Positions 1-15,359 of a DNA stretch of 64,000 nucleotides are shown piece by piece. The notes beneath the pieces are model-generated. The model was given only the letters and a program-made list of their open reading frames with translations. It did not search any database and was not told where the DNA came from. Position 1 is the first letter of the stretch. Every line of letters starts with the position of its first letter. Position numbers and translations under genes: made by a program. Source of the DNA: the human T2T-CHM13v2.0 reference genome, Homo sapiens; assembly GCF_009914755.1 (NCBI RefSeq), contig NC_060926.1. The stretch is one strand, 5' to 3'.

Positions 1-559
1 AAGAAATGCTTCCCAGTGCCAGGCACATAGTAGACTCTCAGAAATGTGGATTAAATGGATGAGGTCAGGTCACAGCTAATATTTAGTTACTTCATTGTGA
101 TTCCTCCATACCTCAAGGGTTACAGGATGAAAACTGCAGTGGAGAAGGATGGTCTTCAAATGATGTCCCTCCCTCTTCAAAAAAAAATCTGTTCAGTGAA
201 TGTGGCTAAAGCAAATTAAAGGATTCATATATTTTCGAAAGATTTGCGGCCAAGAGATTCGAACCAAAAGCATTTGCTGCTTTACTCTCAATCAAGCAGA
301 AAATTCAATTAACCGTAACACACCTGGTCCCCTGAGCATTCTGGCCAATCCAGGTTATACAGCATTGATTAAAAGTATCTACTCTCTGTCTAGGGTTCCA
401 GGTGGAATTGAGAAGGAGCTAAAAGAAGCTGTGTTTATGCTTTTCAAGAGCTATTAGTGGTGTGTGCATGTGAAGACTGCATAAGTATCTCTGTTCTCTG
501 CTCTCTCATCTCCCCTGTCTCAGATGTGGATAACTGTTACTGTTATTCCTAACAATTGC

Positions 560-742
560 TATGTACGTGCCAGCCACACTCTTCTAATAGCTTTAGTAGT
601 ATTAGGTCATTTAGCCTTTTTCCTTTGGGGCAGGTACTATTATATCTCTCATTTGCAGGTGACAGAAAGGTTAAATAATTTGTCCGTGGTACAAAATTAG
701 AAAGTGGCAGAGCTCAGTTTCCATCCCAGGCTGTCTGGCTCC
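560..742 (-). mobile_element. MIR SINE
   Basis: Reverse MIR core: ...ggttaaataatttgtccgtggtacaaaattagaaagtggcagagc...ctgtctggctcc. Confidence 0.75.
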
Positions 743-1123
743 CTACATCACCTTGCTTTTCCATTTCTGAAATAGCAGAGTGTTCACATATCCATCAACA
801 CCTGCAGGTCTACTCTGAAAAAGGCTTTGCTTCAGTGGAACTGTCTGGGTGAGGAGGATGCTGCCTCCCATGAAGATCTTAAGGCAGAAATATAAATGTA
901 AATTTTGCTCATTAAAACCATAATTAATTTATTGAAAGTGAATTGTTATTATTTCAGGGATGAATGCATATTGGAATATGCTGATTATTTTAATGAACCA
1001 AGAGCCTCTTCTGGGATACTTCCCTTGTATTATTTGCAAGCAGGTCACCGTAAATTTTCTAAGAGAGAGAATGAATAGATTGCTGCTCATTTTCAAGTTT
1101 TGCCTTATGAAAAATGCAAAAGA

Positions 1124-1420
1124 GGCTGGGTGCTGTGGCTCACGCTGTAATCCCATCACTTTGAGAGGCCCAGGCGGGCAGATCATAAGGTCAAGAGATC
1201 AAGACCATCCTGACCAACATGGTGAAACCCCATCTCTACTAAAAATACAAAAATTAGCTGGATGTGGTGGGGCGTGCCCATAGTCCCAGCTACTCGGGGG
1301 GCCAAGGCAGGAGAATCACTTGAACCCGGAGGGAGTGAGCCAAGGTCATGCCACTACACTCTAGCCTGGTAACAGAGCAAGACTCCATCTCAAAAAACAA
1401 AAAAAACAAAACAAAAAAAA
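1124..1420 (+). mobile_element. Alu (AluSc-like), small deletion in right arm
   Basis: ggctggg...gatcataaggtcaagagatcaagaccatcctg...; A-rich tail. Confidence 0.95.
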
Positions 1421-1897
1421 CGGAAAAGAAAATATGTGCTGTATATTGGGAGATGATAAGACGATATCTTTGTTTAGGAAAGAAAGGCCTAACATCATCT
1501 GTTTTAGACTCACTATTCTCCTCTAGGTGGCCATTTCTTGCACTACAGATGTCAGCTGCCGGGACCAGTTTGTGTGGTGCTGTGCCTACACAATGCAGGC
1601 ACATTGCAATGTCTCCAATATAATTGTTATGTTTAACATTTAGAGCCATTTATGTGGGTTTCCTCTCCTGTGTTCCACTGTATTCCATTTTTAATCTCCT
1701 CAAGACACACAGTAGAAAAGCTGCCAGAATTTGTTTTTTCTCTTCATATGTTATAGGGTCTGAGGTTTCATCTTTCATATTTCCACATTGCAGGAAAGAT
1801 GAGCAATGACATATTGACCAAGGCTGTGAATGAAAATAGTGCATACCTAAATACTTCTCTTTAGGTCTCATCATCAGTTCCATTCATTCATAATCAG

Positions 1898-2170
1898 CAT
1901 TAGTCTTCTATTGCTGCTGTAACAAATTACCACATACTTGGTATCATAAAACAACATAAATTTATTCTCTTAACGTTTTGGAGGCCATAATTCTGAAGTT
2001 AGTTTCACTGAGCTAGAGTCAAGATGTCAACTGAGCTGATTCCTTTTGCAGACTCATTGTCATTGGCTTTTACTTGGCTGCCTATGTTCCTGGCTCATGG
2101 CTCCTTCCGCCATTTTTAAAGTGCATCTCTCCAATCTCTGCTTCCGTTGTCACTTGGCCTTCTCTCTCAG
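1898..2170 (-). mobile_element. MLT1 (MaLR) LTR fragment
   Basis: attagtcttctattgctgctgtaacaaattaccac is the reversed 3' end of an MLT1 LTR. Confidence 0.8.
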
Positions 2171-2194
2171 ACCTTGCTTTGTCTGTTTCCATCA

Positions 2195-2720
2195 TCACAT
2201 TATTGAGTGCCTACTGTCTGCCAGGCACTGTGCTAGATATTGGAGTTCTATCAATAGACAAGTCAAACAAGGACGCTGCTTCCATGAAGATTCCATTCTT
2301 GTAAACAGATAAATAAAAAAGATAAAATCAAGTAATGATAGGAGTATGAAGAAAATAAACTAGAGCAATGTGATAGAAAGATGGGGCTGGGAAGAATGCC
2401 TAAGATGCCAAGATTCAATCTCAGCGATGAGCCAGTCACAAGAAGTCGATTTCAGACAGAAAGAACTGCAAGAGCTAATCAGGCCTGAGGCAAATAAAGC
2501 TTTGTAATTGGAGTTGAATAACTAAGGGAGAGCGTGGCATAAGCCAGAGTCACAGAGGAGGCGGTGACCGAGTGGATAGCGTCACAGATCATCGTAGGGA
2601 GCTTAGATTTTATCTAAGTGTTAAAGGAAGACATGAAAGTGTTATAAGCAGAGAAACAGTTAAATATTTACTGTTTAAGAGATTGTCTGGGCTGCTGTTT
2701 AATGACTAGATTCTCCATGA
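2195..2720 (-). mobile_element. L2 LINE 3' fragment
   Basis: ttattgagtgcctactgtctgccaggcactgtgctag followed by purine-rich antisense L2 sequence. Confidence 0.75.
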
Positions 2721-3896
2721 AGGGAGCTATCTGGCCACACCTTGCCTCCCTCTTAAAAAGTATGTTTCCTTACTGTGGTTACATAGAGCCTGAATAAAAT
2801 CTAAATCTTAGTCATGCAGGTAATTGAAGGATGTTTCCCCACATCTAAAACTTAGACCTCTGCAGTACCCTGCTAACCACAATAAAAAAAATGCCAATTC
2901 TTCCCTTTTTTCCAACATTTTATGGATCCATTAGCAATTTGCAGTTCCCATAGGAGATAAAACAAGTCTCTTTTCAAACATGAAGAGATTTCCTATGGTA
3001 ATTATAGGCAAAACCTGGAGCAAAGGGCCACTAGGTAGGCCAAGGAATAGGGAGCCAGCTGAGTGATGGAATGCCATGGTCAGGACTGAGAATAGGCCCT
3101 GAAAAGAATAGGCTTAGCTTAGGTCTGTTGGTCTTGGTGAAGGGACAGTGAGGGTAGATCAGACAGTAGGCTCCCATGGACAAACAGTCATTGCCTATCC
3201 TAACAAATGAAACATCCTCATTGTAGTTCTCAAAACTATGTGCAAGTAGCATATGGTCGTCTATAAAAGCCTCCTTCATACTCCTTGACACCCAGGTTTG
3301 AACTGATGGCCATGGTAGAACCTTTCTCCTCGACATCCAGTGGAGTAGGAATGAGGTCATTCCTGGTAGTCATCTTGTGCCCTAACTGCACAACAGTCTG
3401 ACAGAATCACCATAGACACAGCAGACATCATCTGGATTAGCTTGTCGGACCTTCTCTGATGGTTGCTGAGCGGCGATTGCCTAAGGCAAATGTTGGCCCA
3501 GCCAGTGCTGTGTCCTCAGTGTGCATGCGGTAGAGGGAGGAAGACCAGATGATGAGGATGCTCACCTCAGGCTTGGACCCCTGTTAAGGAAGACCCTATC
3601 ACTATCCTTTTGGAGGTAGGAGGGGACCTTAGTTTGCAGACCTGACGGACAAGCCTGTGGTTCTTTCACCTGATACTCATGTGTCCCTGGTCCTTTTCAT
3701 CTAGCCTAGTGCAGTTCTAAGTACTTAGTAAATACTCAATAAATGTTGGAATCAAACCAAATTGGCTGACATGCCCCATTTCTTGGCATATGCCTGGACA
3801 TGTGAGAATATTCTATATGGTTTCTCCAGAACAAAGTCCCATCTTAAGAAGCCAAAAATGGCAAGCCTAATAAGCACCATAGAAAATACTGTGGTT

Positions 3897-4376
3897 TACA
3901 TATGTTCATTGCAACCCTATTCACAATAGGGTTCACGACATGGAATAATATTCACAACATGGAATCAACATAAATGCCCATCAGTGGTAGACTGGATAAA
4001 GAAAATGTGATACCTATACACCGTGGAATACTCTGCAGCCATAAAAAAGAACAGGATCGTGTCCTTTGCAAGGACATGGATGGAAATGGAGGCCATTATC
4101 CTTAGCAAACTAACACCAGAACAGAAAACCAAATACCACATATTCTCACTTATAAGTGGGAACTAAATGATGAGAACACATAGAGGGGAACAACACACAC
4201 TGGGGCCTTTTGGAAGATGGAGGATAGGAGGAGGGAGGGGATCAGGAAAAATAGCTTATGGGTACTAGGCTTCATACCTGGATGATGGAATAATCTGTAC
4301 TACAAAGGCCCATAACACAGATTTATCTATTTAACAAACCTGCACTTGTACCCCTGAACTTAAAAGTTTTTAAAAA
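3897..4376 (+). mobile_element. 5'-truncated L1 (old L1PA13-16-like) with 16-bp TSD
   Basis: ORF2 end and 3'UTR (ggataaagaaaatgtg...ttctcacttataagtggg...cctgcacttgtacccctgaacttaaaa). TSD agaaaatactgt(g/a)gtt at 3881-96 and 4377-92. Confidence 0.92.
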
Positions 4377-6339
4377 AGAAAATACTGTAGTTGAATACAA
4401 TATTTTTGCTGACCTGTTTAAAGCCTTCTGCGTGAGTTGGATAGGAGGGAAAAGACTGTACCCTCTGTGTCTTTTTAAACTCTCTATGATGCAGAGAACG
4501 TGACTTTTCAGAATATGAGTGCCCTATACCTTTGAACTAGATGGAAACCTCAGGTATGAAGGGTCTGTGTTTATCCCTGTCCTAGGTATAGTCATGGTTC
4601 TATACTTAAGGTGGTTTTTCCGGGCTCTGTGGAAGTCGGTGGTACTTCTAGAGCTTTTCATGATCCCAGAGTTCATTTAATGAAGACTCTATGTAACCTG
4701 GGGATGAGTGTCCAGGGCCTTGGGAAGTGTGGCATTTAGGGCCAAGAAAACAAAGGAAATAGAGCAGCACATGCTGTGTGGACAGCCGTGATCCCCATGC
4801 TTCAGCACATTTTTATGTGAGTCGGCTTTGAGAGATAAAGATCAAAGACTTGTCCAGGAGTGCACCAGCCAGGTGTGAAATTCCAGGTGACAGAATGGAA
4901 AGAAAAGAAAGGTTTAAAGGGAAAGGAAAGGAAATGTAGTTAGTTTCCTTTTATTCTCTTTATTTTTCCTGTTTCCTCTTCAGGAAGTTTATGTAGCTTA
5001 CAATACCCCAGACATTCAACAGAAGGGGTTGATCCTCATTCTTTTCCAGATAATGATAAGCACCGAGGGCCTGTCGTTTAGTTTTCAGGTATAACCCTTG
5101 GCAGTCCCTAGGGTTAAACAATGCTGTGCTCCAGAAAATTTTAATACAGAAAACTTAGTTTGCTTTCTGCTTTGGTCTGTGCTACAAAAAGTGGGCAAAT
5201 ATAAACTGGGAGAATATAAATAAAATAAAGGCTACTTCTTGCCACTTACAAATGTCATTAGCAATAAGAATAAAGCACATCAACAAGTTACAAATTTTAT
5301 CCAACCGGCAGGGCTCCCCCAGGGGCAGATTCTTACAGCTCTTTCTTCAGTGTTAGTTTGGCCAGCAGCCTAGGGAACATCATTTAATGTCTTCAACACT
5401 AATGACACCTTTTGTAGGGGGACTGTCTAGGATTGTTATAAAGGAATTAGTTGTTATCAGAGAATATCATAAGCACTCTGTAGGTTGTTCCCCGTCACAT
5501 CCCCACCTCTCTTTGGGGCTAATTTTCTAAGGAAAGCTAAAAATGTTTACTAAGCATTTCTGAGAAACTTGTCTACATTATGAGAATAGAAATTACAGGA
5601 ACTCAGTGCATTAGCAATGGGAAAGGCTTAATGGGTCTGGGAAAGGTATAAATTTAGGGAAAATGTAAATTGCAATAGTTGGAGAGCCTTCAAGGGCAGT
5701 TTTCTTGAAATGGCAGTGTTTAGTAGCAATGGAAAGATACTCAAGGATCTTGCCATTTGGCATTGTAAAAAATGCAACTCGTAGGTAGGAATTGCAAATC
5801 CCATTAGTTTAGAATATGAAATAGACTCGGTGTAAAAAAAAAAAAAAAAACAACAACATTTGATTTGGGGAATGTGCTTGGTTCCAGGCCATGTAGGATA
5901 TGGAAGTCTTTTCTGTGGTCATCCCACCTAGACAAAGAACCAGTTAACTTTTCAGGATTCTCTAGAATTAGGATGTTCTGAGTCCACGCCTGACTCTCAG
6001 AAGCTTCCCAAACTCTACTGCCTTGACTTACTTTAATGAGCATTTAGGATTTAGAGAAAAAGAACATCAACATGCCCTTTGCTCCATGATCTTTGGCAAA
6101 CCATGGACTGTATAAGCACAATATCCACATATTGGATTCTGCAAACCATGAAGAATTCACCGTGTTATTTGTGTGTGCACAGAGGAAAACATAAACAAAG
6201 AGTCAATTAATGACATTAAAAAATTTGCATGTCAGTATTATAGAATGTCAAATTTACTGTACAGAAATATATGTATTATTTTTTTATTTATATCAAGAAA
6301 AGTGATAAATTATCCCATCAATCTAGTTCCCTTACAATG

Positions 6340-6710
6340 TCAGATCTGGTTTAGGCTGACAAGAAAAATGGGCGGTACTGAAGGAGATCGTTTAGAAAAT
6401 ATTATAGACACCCAGAGAGGAATGAGGCAATGGTGAAAAATATTAATGCAGTTAAAATAGTTTTGTTGAAAAAATGAAACATTGATCACAAAGATTGCAT
6501 GTAACATTGTATTGGCTGTTCAGTATAATAATTTTAATACTACTACTACTACTAATAATAATAATAGTAAACTCACATTGTTCCTGACCAGGTACAGCTT
6601 GTAGCTTTAAAACTGCATTGATAGGGAAAAGCTGAAGAAACTGAGCCTGTTCTCTGGAACAAAGGATAATTATAGTGACCTAATTGTAGCTTCTATTACA
6701 AAAGCAGAAA
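6340..6710 (+). mobile_element. Degraded CR1/L3 LINE fragment
   Basis: gaaaagctgaagaaactgagcctgttctctgg...gtgacctaattgtagc resembles the CR1 ORF2 3' end. Confidence 0.4.
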
Positions 6711-7149
6711 TGATAGCCAGACAAATTATCTCTGCTGTCAATAAAGAAAGCTGTACAGCAGGTAGTTTATAATCTCTTTTAATGATACTACTTCTTTTAC
6801 CCCAGAGCTCTCCATGAAAAACCTTTTCTGACCTCGACTACCATTACCACTATAGGGAGCAAACCTCCTCTTTACTCTCTGTTCATCTCTGACTCTGTTG
6901 TTTGGGTTCATACAGTAGCAACAAAGAGAATTTCACTGCCTACAACTTCCTAGCACTGGCCAAGTCAGTCAGAGCTATGCTATTGTGGACACATTCTGCA
7001 TGAGACAAAATAAATCAAGAAATAGTATGGAAAAGTAGCAAAATGTTCTAAGGCTTTTGAGGAGTAGAAAATATGAAACACTAATCAATAATCATTTAAT
7101 GAATCATAAAATGCAAATGAGAAAATCAGAAAATATAGATGCAATTTAT

Positions 7150-8219
7150 ACCACAGATAAAGTGCTAATATTGCTCCTATTCAAAGGCCTTTGAAAAATC
7201 AAGGGGGAAAATGGCTAGCAATCTGATAGTAAAATCAGCAAAAGATATGGACAGCTCACAGAAGAGGAAATGAAAATGGCCCTTAAGCATATGAAAAGAT
7301 ACTCAGCATCATATAAGAAGAGATAGGCTAATTAAAACTTCACCGAAATATGACTTCTCACCTATGGTTATCAAATTTCCCAAAGTTCGACAATGCACTC
7401 TGTTGATGAGACTGTAGAGAAACAGGCATCCTCTTACAGTGTAGGTGGCAATGCAAAATAAAAGAAATGTGGAAGGAATTTTGTCATAATCTAGAAAAAA
7501 GTATATGTGTGTTTCTCTTTGACCCAGCAATCCTGCTTCTGTGAATTCCTCCCAAAGCCACAGTGGTAACAATATGGACTGACGTTTGCACAAGATTTTT
7601 CATTATGACATTATTTGCAATAGCAAAAAATCAGAAATACCCAAATGTTCGCAAATGCATGACTCGTTAAATAAACAAAAGCATGTCCACACAGTAGAAT
7701 ACTATGAAGCATTTTAAAAATGAGAAAGATATCTAAAGAAATTGTAGTGTCTATGATTTCTTTGCTAATATGGAATGTTCTTCTGTCTATTACTATGTAA
7801 AAAAGCAAAGTATAGAAAAATATGGACAGTATGCTACCTTTTGTGTAACAAAGAAGGCATCTAAATATATAAACATGCTTGCTTTTTTTAAAGAAACAAA
7901 TATAGTTATATTGCATGGGATGGAGAAGACAGAAATGAAAGCTATATATTATATTTTGCTATATTTAAATTTTGAAAAATATGCCTTACATATAGCAAAT
8001 TAAATAAAAAGGAAAAAACAATCCCTAAAAACTGAAAACAAACGAAAATAAATAACCTAACTGTGAAACAAATTGGTTGCATAGCCATTCAGGAAAAAGA
8101 ATTACTTCAAGTGACATTAGAATACACGTTTTGATTATACATATTTAGTGTAATATATTCTAGCAAAAAAATAGAGCAATGAAGACATCTTAAACTTTAG
8201 TAGTCAAACTGTTAGTAAT
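7150..8219 (+). mobile_element. Old L1M (L1ME-like) ORF2 end / 3'UTR, part 1
   Basis: aaaagatatggacagctcacagaagaggaaatgaaaatggcccttaagcatatgaaaagatactcag...tttgacccagcaatcctgctt. Confidence 0.8.
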
Positions 8220-8899
<680 letters not shown>

Positions 8900-9995
8900 A
8901 TAATATTGATATTATCATTTTAAAACTATATGATAAAAATAATTATATCAGTGTTAAGAATCAAGATTTTGCATTTAAAGGAGGGAGGAATAAATATACA
9001 ATATTAAAATTTTAAAAGTAAAAATTCTGTAATGTTAAATTTGAATCAGAAATATTAGTATAAACATATGGGCTTTTTTTCCCCCAGAAATATGTATTTC
9101 CTAACTCTATTCAGAGAAAAGGCTGAGAAATAATAATAACCCAGTGGCAGTGAGCACGCCTAGGGCCCAGATTGTGGTCTCTAGATATCATTCCCCACTA
9201 AAAACAAAGGGGTCCTTGGAGGAATGACTGCTTCCAAATTAGGAATACAAGATACTCAACATAAACCTGGAACTACTTATTTGTGGTAAAGCAAGGAAGC
9301 AATCAAAGGCTAAAGGTTAAGCCAGAAGAACGAAAGAGCTCATACAATGCAGTCTCTTGACTAAATATGGACAATATGTGCAAGAAAAAGTATAAGGAAT
9401 GCAATTGAATAAAAATCCTAAATATGTTATTACAAATGTGTATTATATATTATGGACTTACATAAAAAACCATAAGTTTATAATTATGTTCACAATCCCG
9501 TATTCCCCCAAAAATGTTCCTAACTACTCGTTTGTCACCATTGGAACTATCTAGGACACTAACTCCTGACTCTGAAAATTAGCAGTGAAAAAGAAATATT
9601 TAAGCATTTATTCAGATTTCCCAATACTAAGTACATCTCACCATAATCAAAATGCCAAAATTGTTGAAAGATTTTCTTTGCAGAAGAATCCCAGCTAATA
9701 CATTTTTAAAATGGCCTTCAAAAATGACCATTGTGCAACCCCTAATGAAATAATTAATTCAGTCAAACATCATCAGTGAAAGAAATGATTAAATGAAACA
9801 TTGATAGGGGAACTTTACAATGGAGACATCAGTTTGTCTCCTTAGCATTACTAAAGACAATCAGATATTTAGGATGGAGAAGACAGAGATGAAAGCTATA
9901 TAACTGTACTTCGTTATGTTAAATTTAGAAAAATACACATTTTTCCAAATTTTTGTGTATGACACAATTTGAAGCATATGTGCTTCCTTTAAGGT
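8900..9995 (+). mobile_element. Old L1ME-like 3'UTR, part 2
   Basis: Continues the AT-rich L1ME 3'UTR-like sequence after the LTR (agtgttaagaatcaagattt...aacccagtggcagtgagcacgcctag). Confidence 0.6.
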
Positions 9996-9999
9996 ATTT

Positions 10000-10632
10000 A
10001 TATTGGTTTCATAGGGCCGCCATTTAACAGATTACCATCAACTTGGTGCCTTTACTACAAATTTGTTCTCTTACTGTTCTGGAGACCAGAAGTCTGAAAT
10101 CAAGGTGTCAGCAGAGTTGCTTCTTTCCAGAGGCTTTGAGAGAGAATCTGTTCCATCTTCTTCTGTGCTTTTCTTGGCTGCCAGCAATCCTGGGTGTTTC
10201 TTAGCTTATAGACACATGGCTCCAATTTCTGCCTCTGCCTTCACATTGCCTTCTCTGGCTCTTCTCTTCCGTTTATGTCTTCTCCTTTATAAGAACATTT
10301 GTCATCAGATGTAGAGCCTATATGGATAATCCAAGATAATCTCACAACAACATCTTAAACTTAATTACATGTACAGAGACCTGTATCCAAATAGGATTGC
10401 ATCAACAGATTCCAGATGGACATACAATTTCCCTCGATATATAAGTGAGGGGCCTGCAGAACTCACTTATATGAAAGGTCTGCCCTCCATATATGCAGGT
10501 TCCTTATCCCACAAGTACCATATTTATCCGGGTTTAGTTGAAAGAAAGCTGTGTATAAGTGAACCCATGTAGTTCAAACCCTGTTGTTTAACGGTCAACT
10601 GTCTGTTTTAGGGAGCCACCATTCAACCTACC
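10000..10632 (-). mobile_element. MLT1 (C/D-like) LTR interrupted by MER8
   Basis: ctgttctggagaccagaagtctgaaatcaaggtgtcagcag...ttgtcatcagatgtagagcc...accattcaacctacca. Confidence 0.85.
10425..10601 (+). mobile_element. MER8 (TcMar-Tigger MITE), internally deleted
   Basis: Preceded by TA; ends gtataagtgaacccatgtagttcaaaccctgttgtttaacggtcaactg. Confidence 0.8.
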
Positions 10633-10676
10633 AGAGTACTCCTCCTCAAAAATGTTGAATCTAACTAAGCCTCCAG

Positions 10677-10877
10677 CTGCACTGTCCAATATGATAAACG
10701 TTAGTCACGTTGAAATTTAATTCATTTAAATTTTAATTAAAATTTTGTACCTTAGTCATACTAGCCACATTTCAAGAGTTCAGTATCCATGTGTAGCTAG
10801 CGGCTGCTGTAGTAGATAGCTCGGATATGGAAGATTTCCATTTCCATCATCACGGAAAATCCTATTGGAAAGCACTG
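10677..10877 (-). mobile_element. MER3 (hAT-Charlie)
   Basis: Terminal inverted repeats ctgcactgtccaata...tattggaaagcactg; ctagccacatttcaag core. Confidence 0.85.
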
Positions 10878-10889
10878 CTCTAGAAGTTA

Positions 10890-11665
<776 letters not shown>

Positions 11666-11671
11666 TGATAA

Positions 11672-12050
<379 letters not shown>

Positions 12051-12445
12051 ACATCAATTTTTAAAATGTGATCATGTTTAGATTATTTATAATCTAACAT
12101 AAATGAAAGAAACATTAATGTTGAAGACAAACACCTCAACAGAATTCAATAATTCAATTCCTACCATTTAGTAAATGTTAGCTGTCAGGCAAAGTGTGTA
12201 GCCTCTCTAATCTCAGCTGCTTCTTCTCTAAAGTTAAGACTTCTGTACATTATGAGAACTGTTATATAATCATGAGAAAATATATCACTAATATTATTAT
12301 TGATGTCAGTTCATCTTTTTAGGTAGATGAAATACTGGACAGGATGGGCTCTTGTGTGTTGCAAACTTTTCTATTTTGAGGCATTTGAAGGGCAGTCTTA
12401 ATTACAGAATTTTGTTTTTAAACCAGTTTTATTTTTAGCTCATGG

Positions 12446-13150
12446 ATCCAATTGCTTCTTACCATCTCCAGTGATACACCTGTATGGACAACCACCACCT
12501 TCCCTCACCTGGCTTATTGTAATAACCCCCTAACTGTTCTCCACAGTTTTTCTCTCACCCAGAAATGCCCACTTCACTCTGTTCTCAACAAAGCAGTCAG
12601 AGAGCCCTTTACCATGTAAGTCAGAGCCTATTACTTCACTGCTCGCAACCTCTAGTTTGCTTCCCACCTCACTGAGAGTAAAAACCGAACTCTACCATGG
12701 ACCTCCAGGCCCTGTTTGCCCTAAGTCCCTGCTTCCTCTCTGGCCTCCTCCAAATTCTCACTCCCTCACACTGGCCTTGCTGTTTTTAGCACATGCCTGC
12801 CTCAGGGGCTTTATATCTGCTGTCTCTCTACCTGGAACACTCTTCTCCTGTTATCTGTATAGTTTAATTATTTTCTTCTTCTTCAAGCCTTTTATTTTAT
12901 ATTTTCAGTAGTGCCTTTCCTTTAAGTAAATTTAGTGCCTTTAAATAAAATTAATTTATTTAAACTTTAATTAATTAAAATTTTGTACCTTGGTCATACT
13001 ACTCACACTTCAAGAGTTCAGTATCCATGTGTAGCTAGTAGCTGCTGTATTTAATAATATATATTTAATAATGTAAACTCCCTTCAAAAACTCCTACTAC
13101 CTCTTCCTGTTTCACTTTCCCCTATACTACTTACTAAAAACATATTTTTT
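12446..13150 (+). mobile_element. L2 LINE fragment carrying an inserted partial MER3 copy (12947-13049)
   Basis: ctcacctggcttattgtaataaccccctaactg...ctcaacaaagcagtcagagag...cctgcctcaggggctttatatctgctg. Confidence 0.8.
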
Positions 13151-13456
13151 CATAAAGTACCAATTTGTAGGCCAGCCTTTGATGTTGACAATACAAATCA
13201 TTCTTATTGATTCATAAATACCTCCTCTAAAGACTAGACAGCTTGTTTTACATCTATTACAAGTTTCTGCATTCATCATTCAAAAAATTTTGGAAGTGTT
13301 TTGGTTGCTTGAGAAGGGGTGTGTTTGCTTAAGGAATTTAAATATTTTCCCAGCAATTGTATTCTGTTAATTTGTTATAATAACTGCTTTTAGATAATGC
13401 ATTTAAAAGAGAATTATATATAACTCAATTTATAAATAATGAATCTAAATTTGTTA

Positions 13457-14560
<1,104 letters not shown>

Positions 14561-15185
14561 TTTTTTCATTGAATGATAATTACTTGTTTATGTCTCCCTT
14601 GATAGTAAGTCAGAGACTATTTTTTGCTAGTATATAGTATAATGTCAGTAAAATATTGAATAAATTAATCTGTCAACCAAATATTAGCAGGAAGAACACT
14701 CGTGACGCATTCAAGGAGCCCGTAATCTAGTTATGGAAGCAGAAGGTCTAGAAAAAATCATAAAAGTTTTTTAATTGGTTTTGTTTTCTACAAAGTGACA
14801 TATAACAGTTTCATATTAATAGAGAATTTACTGGATGTATGAGTTGAAGAGGAGACAAAGAATTGTTAAGGTCATTGTGGAGCTGTTTATGAATAAGTTA
14901 AGTCCTTATGCCAGAGAAAACTAGAGTTAAATATTTGATTAATGGGACATGAGTAATATTAGGAAAAGCAGTTGATTTAAAGAGACCAAATAAAAGTTCA
15001 GTGAACAATAATTTGAAGAAAATTGTCATAACTGAGTTGACAAAGGGATCATGAGAAATCAAGTTTACAAGAAATAAAGATGCCTTTTGGTACAGGGTAT
15101 TTAATGTTTTCAAAAACATTTTTATTCACTACAACTTGTAGTTGTTAGGAAATTTTTTATATTTTTTAAGTTTTTAAAATTTTCT

Positions 15186-15345
15186 TGGGGAGGGTGGGAT
15201 GGGGGTGAGAGTTGAGAAACTACCTGTTGAGTATTATGTTCACTATTTGCATGATGCGTTCACTAAAAGCTCAAACTTTAGCATTATGCAGTATAACCAT
15301 GTATACCCATACCTGCACATGTACCCCCTGTACTGAAAATTAAGT
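15186..15345 (+). mobile_element. Short L1PB/L1MA 3' end
   Basis: gagttgagaaactacctgttgagtattatgttcactatttg...cctgcacatgtaccccctg. Confidence 0.8.
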
Positions 15346-15359
15346 TAAATTTATTTTTT

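Noticed and set aside
3031-3700. GC-richer unique stretch with a 109-aa minus-strand ORF; considered as a processed pseudogene or small gene
   Set aside because: No recognisable protein similarity, poly-A tail, TSD or splice structure.
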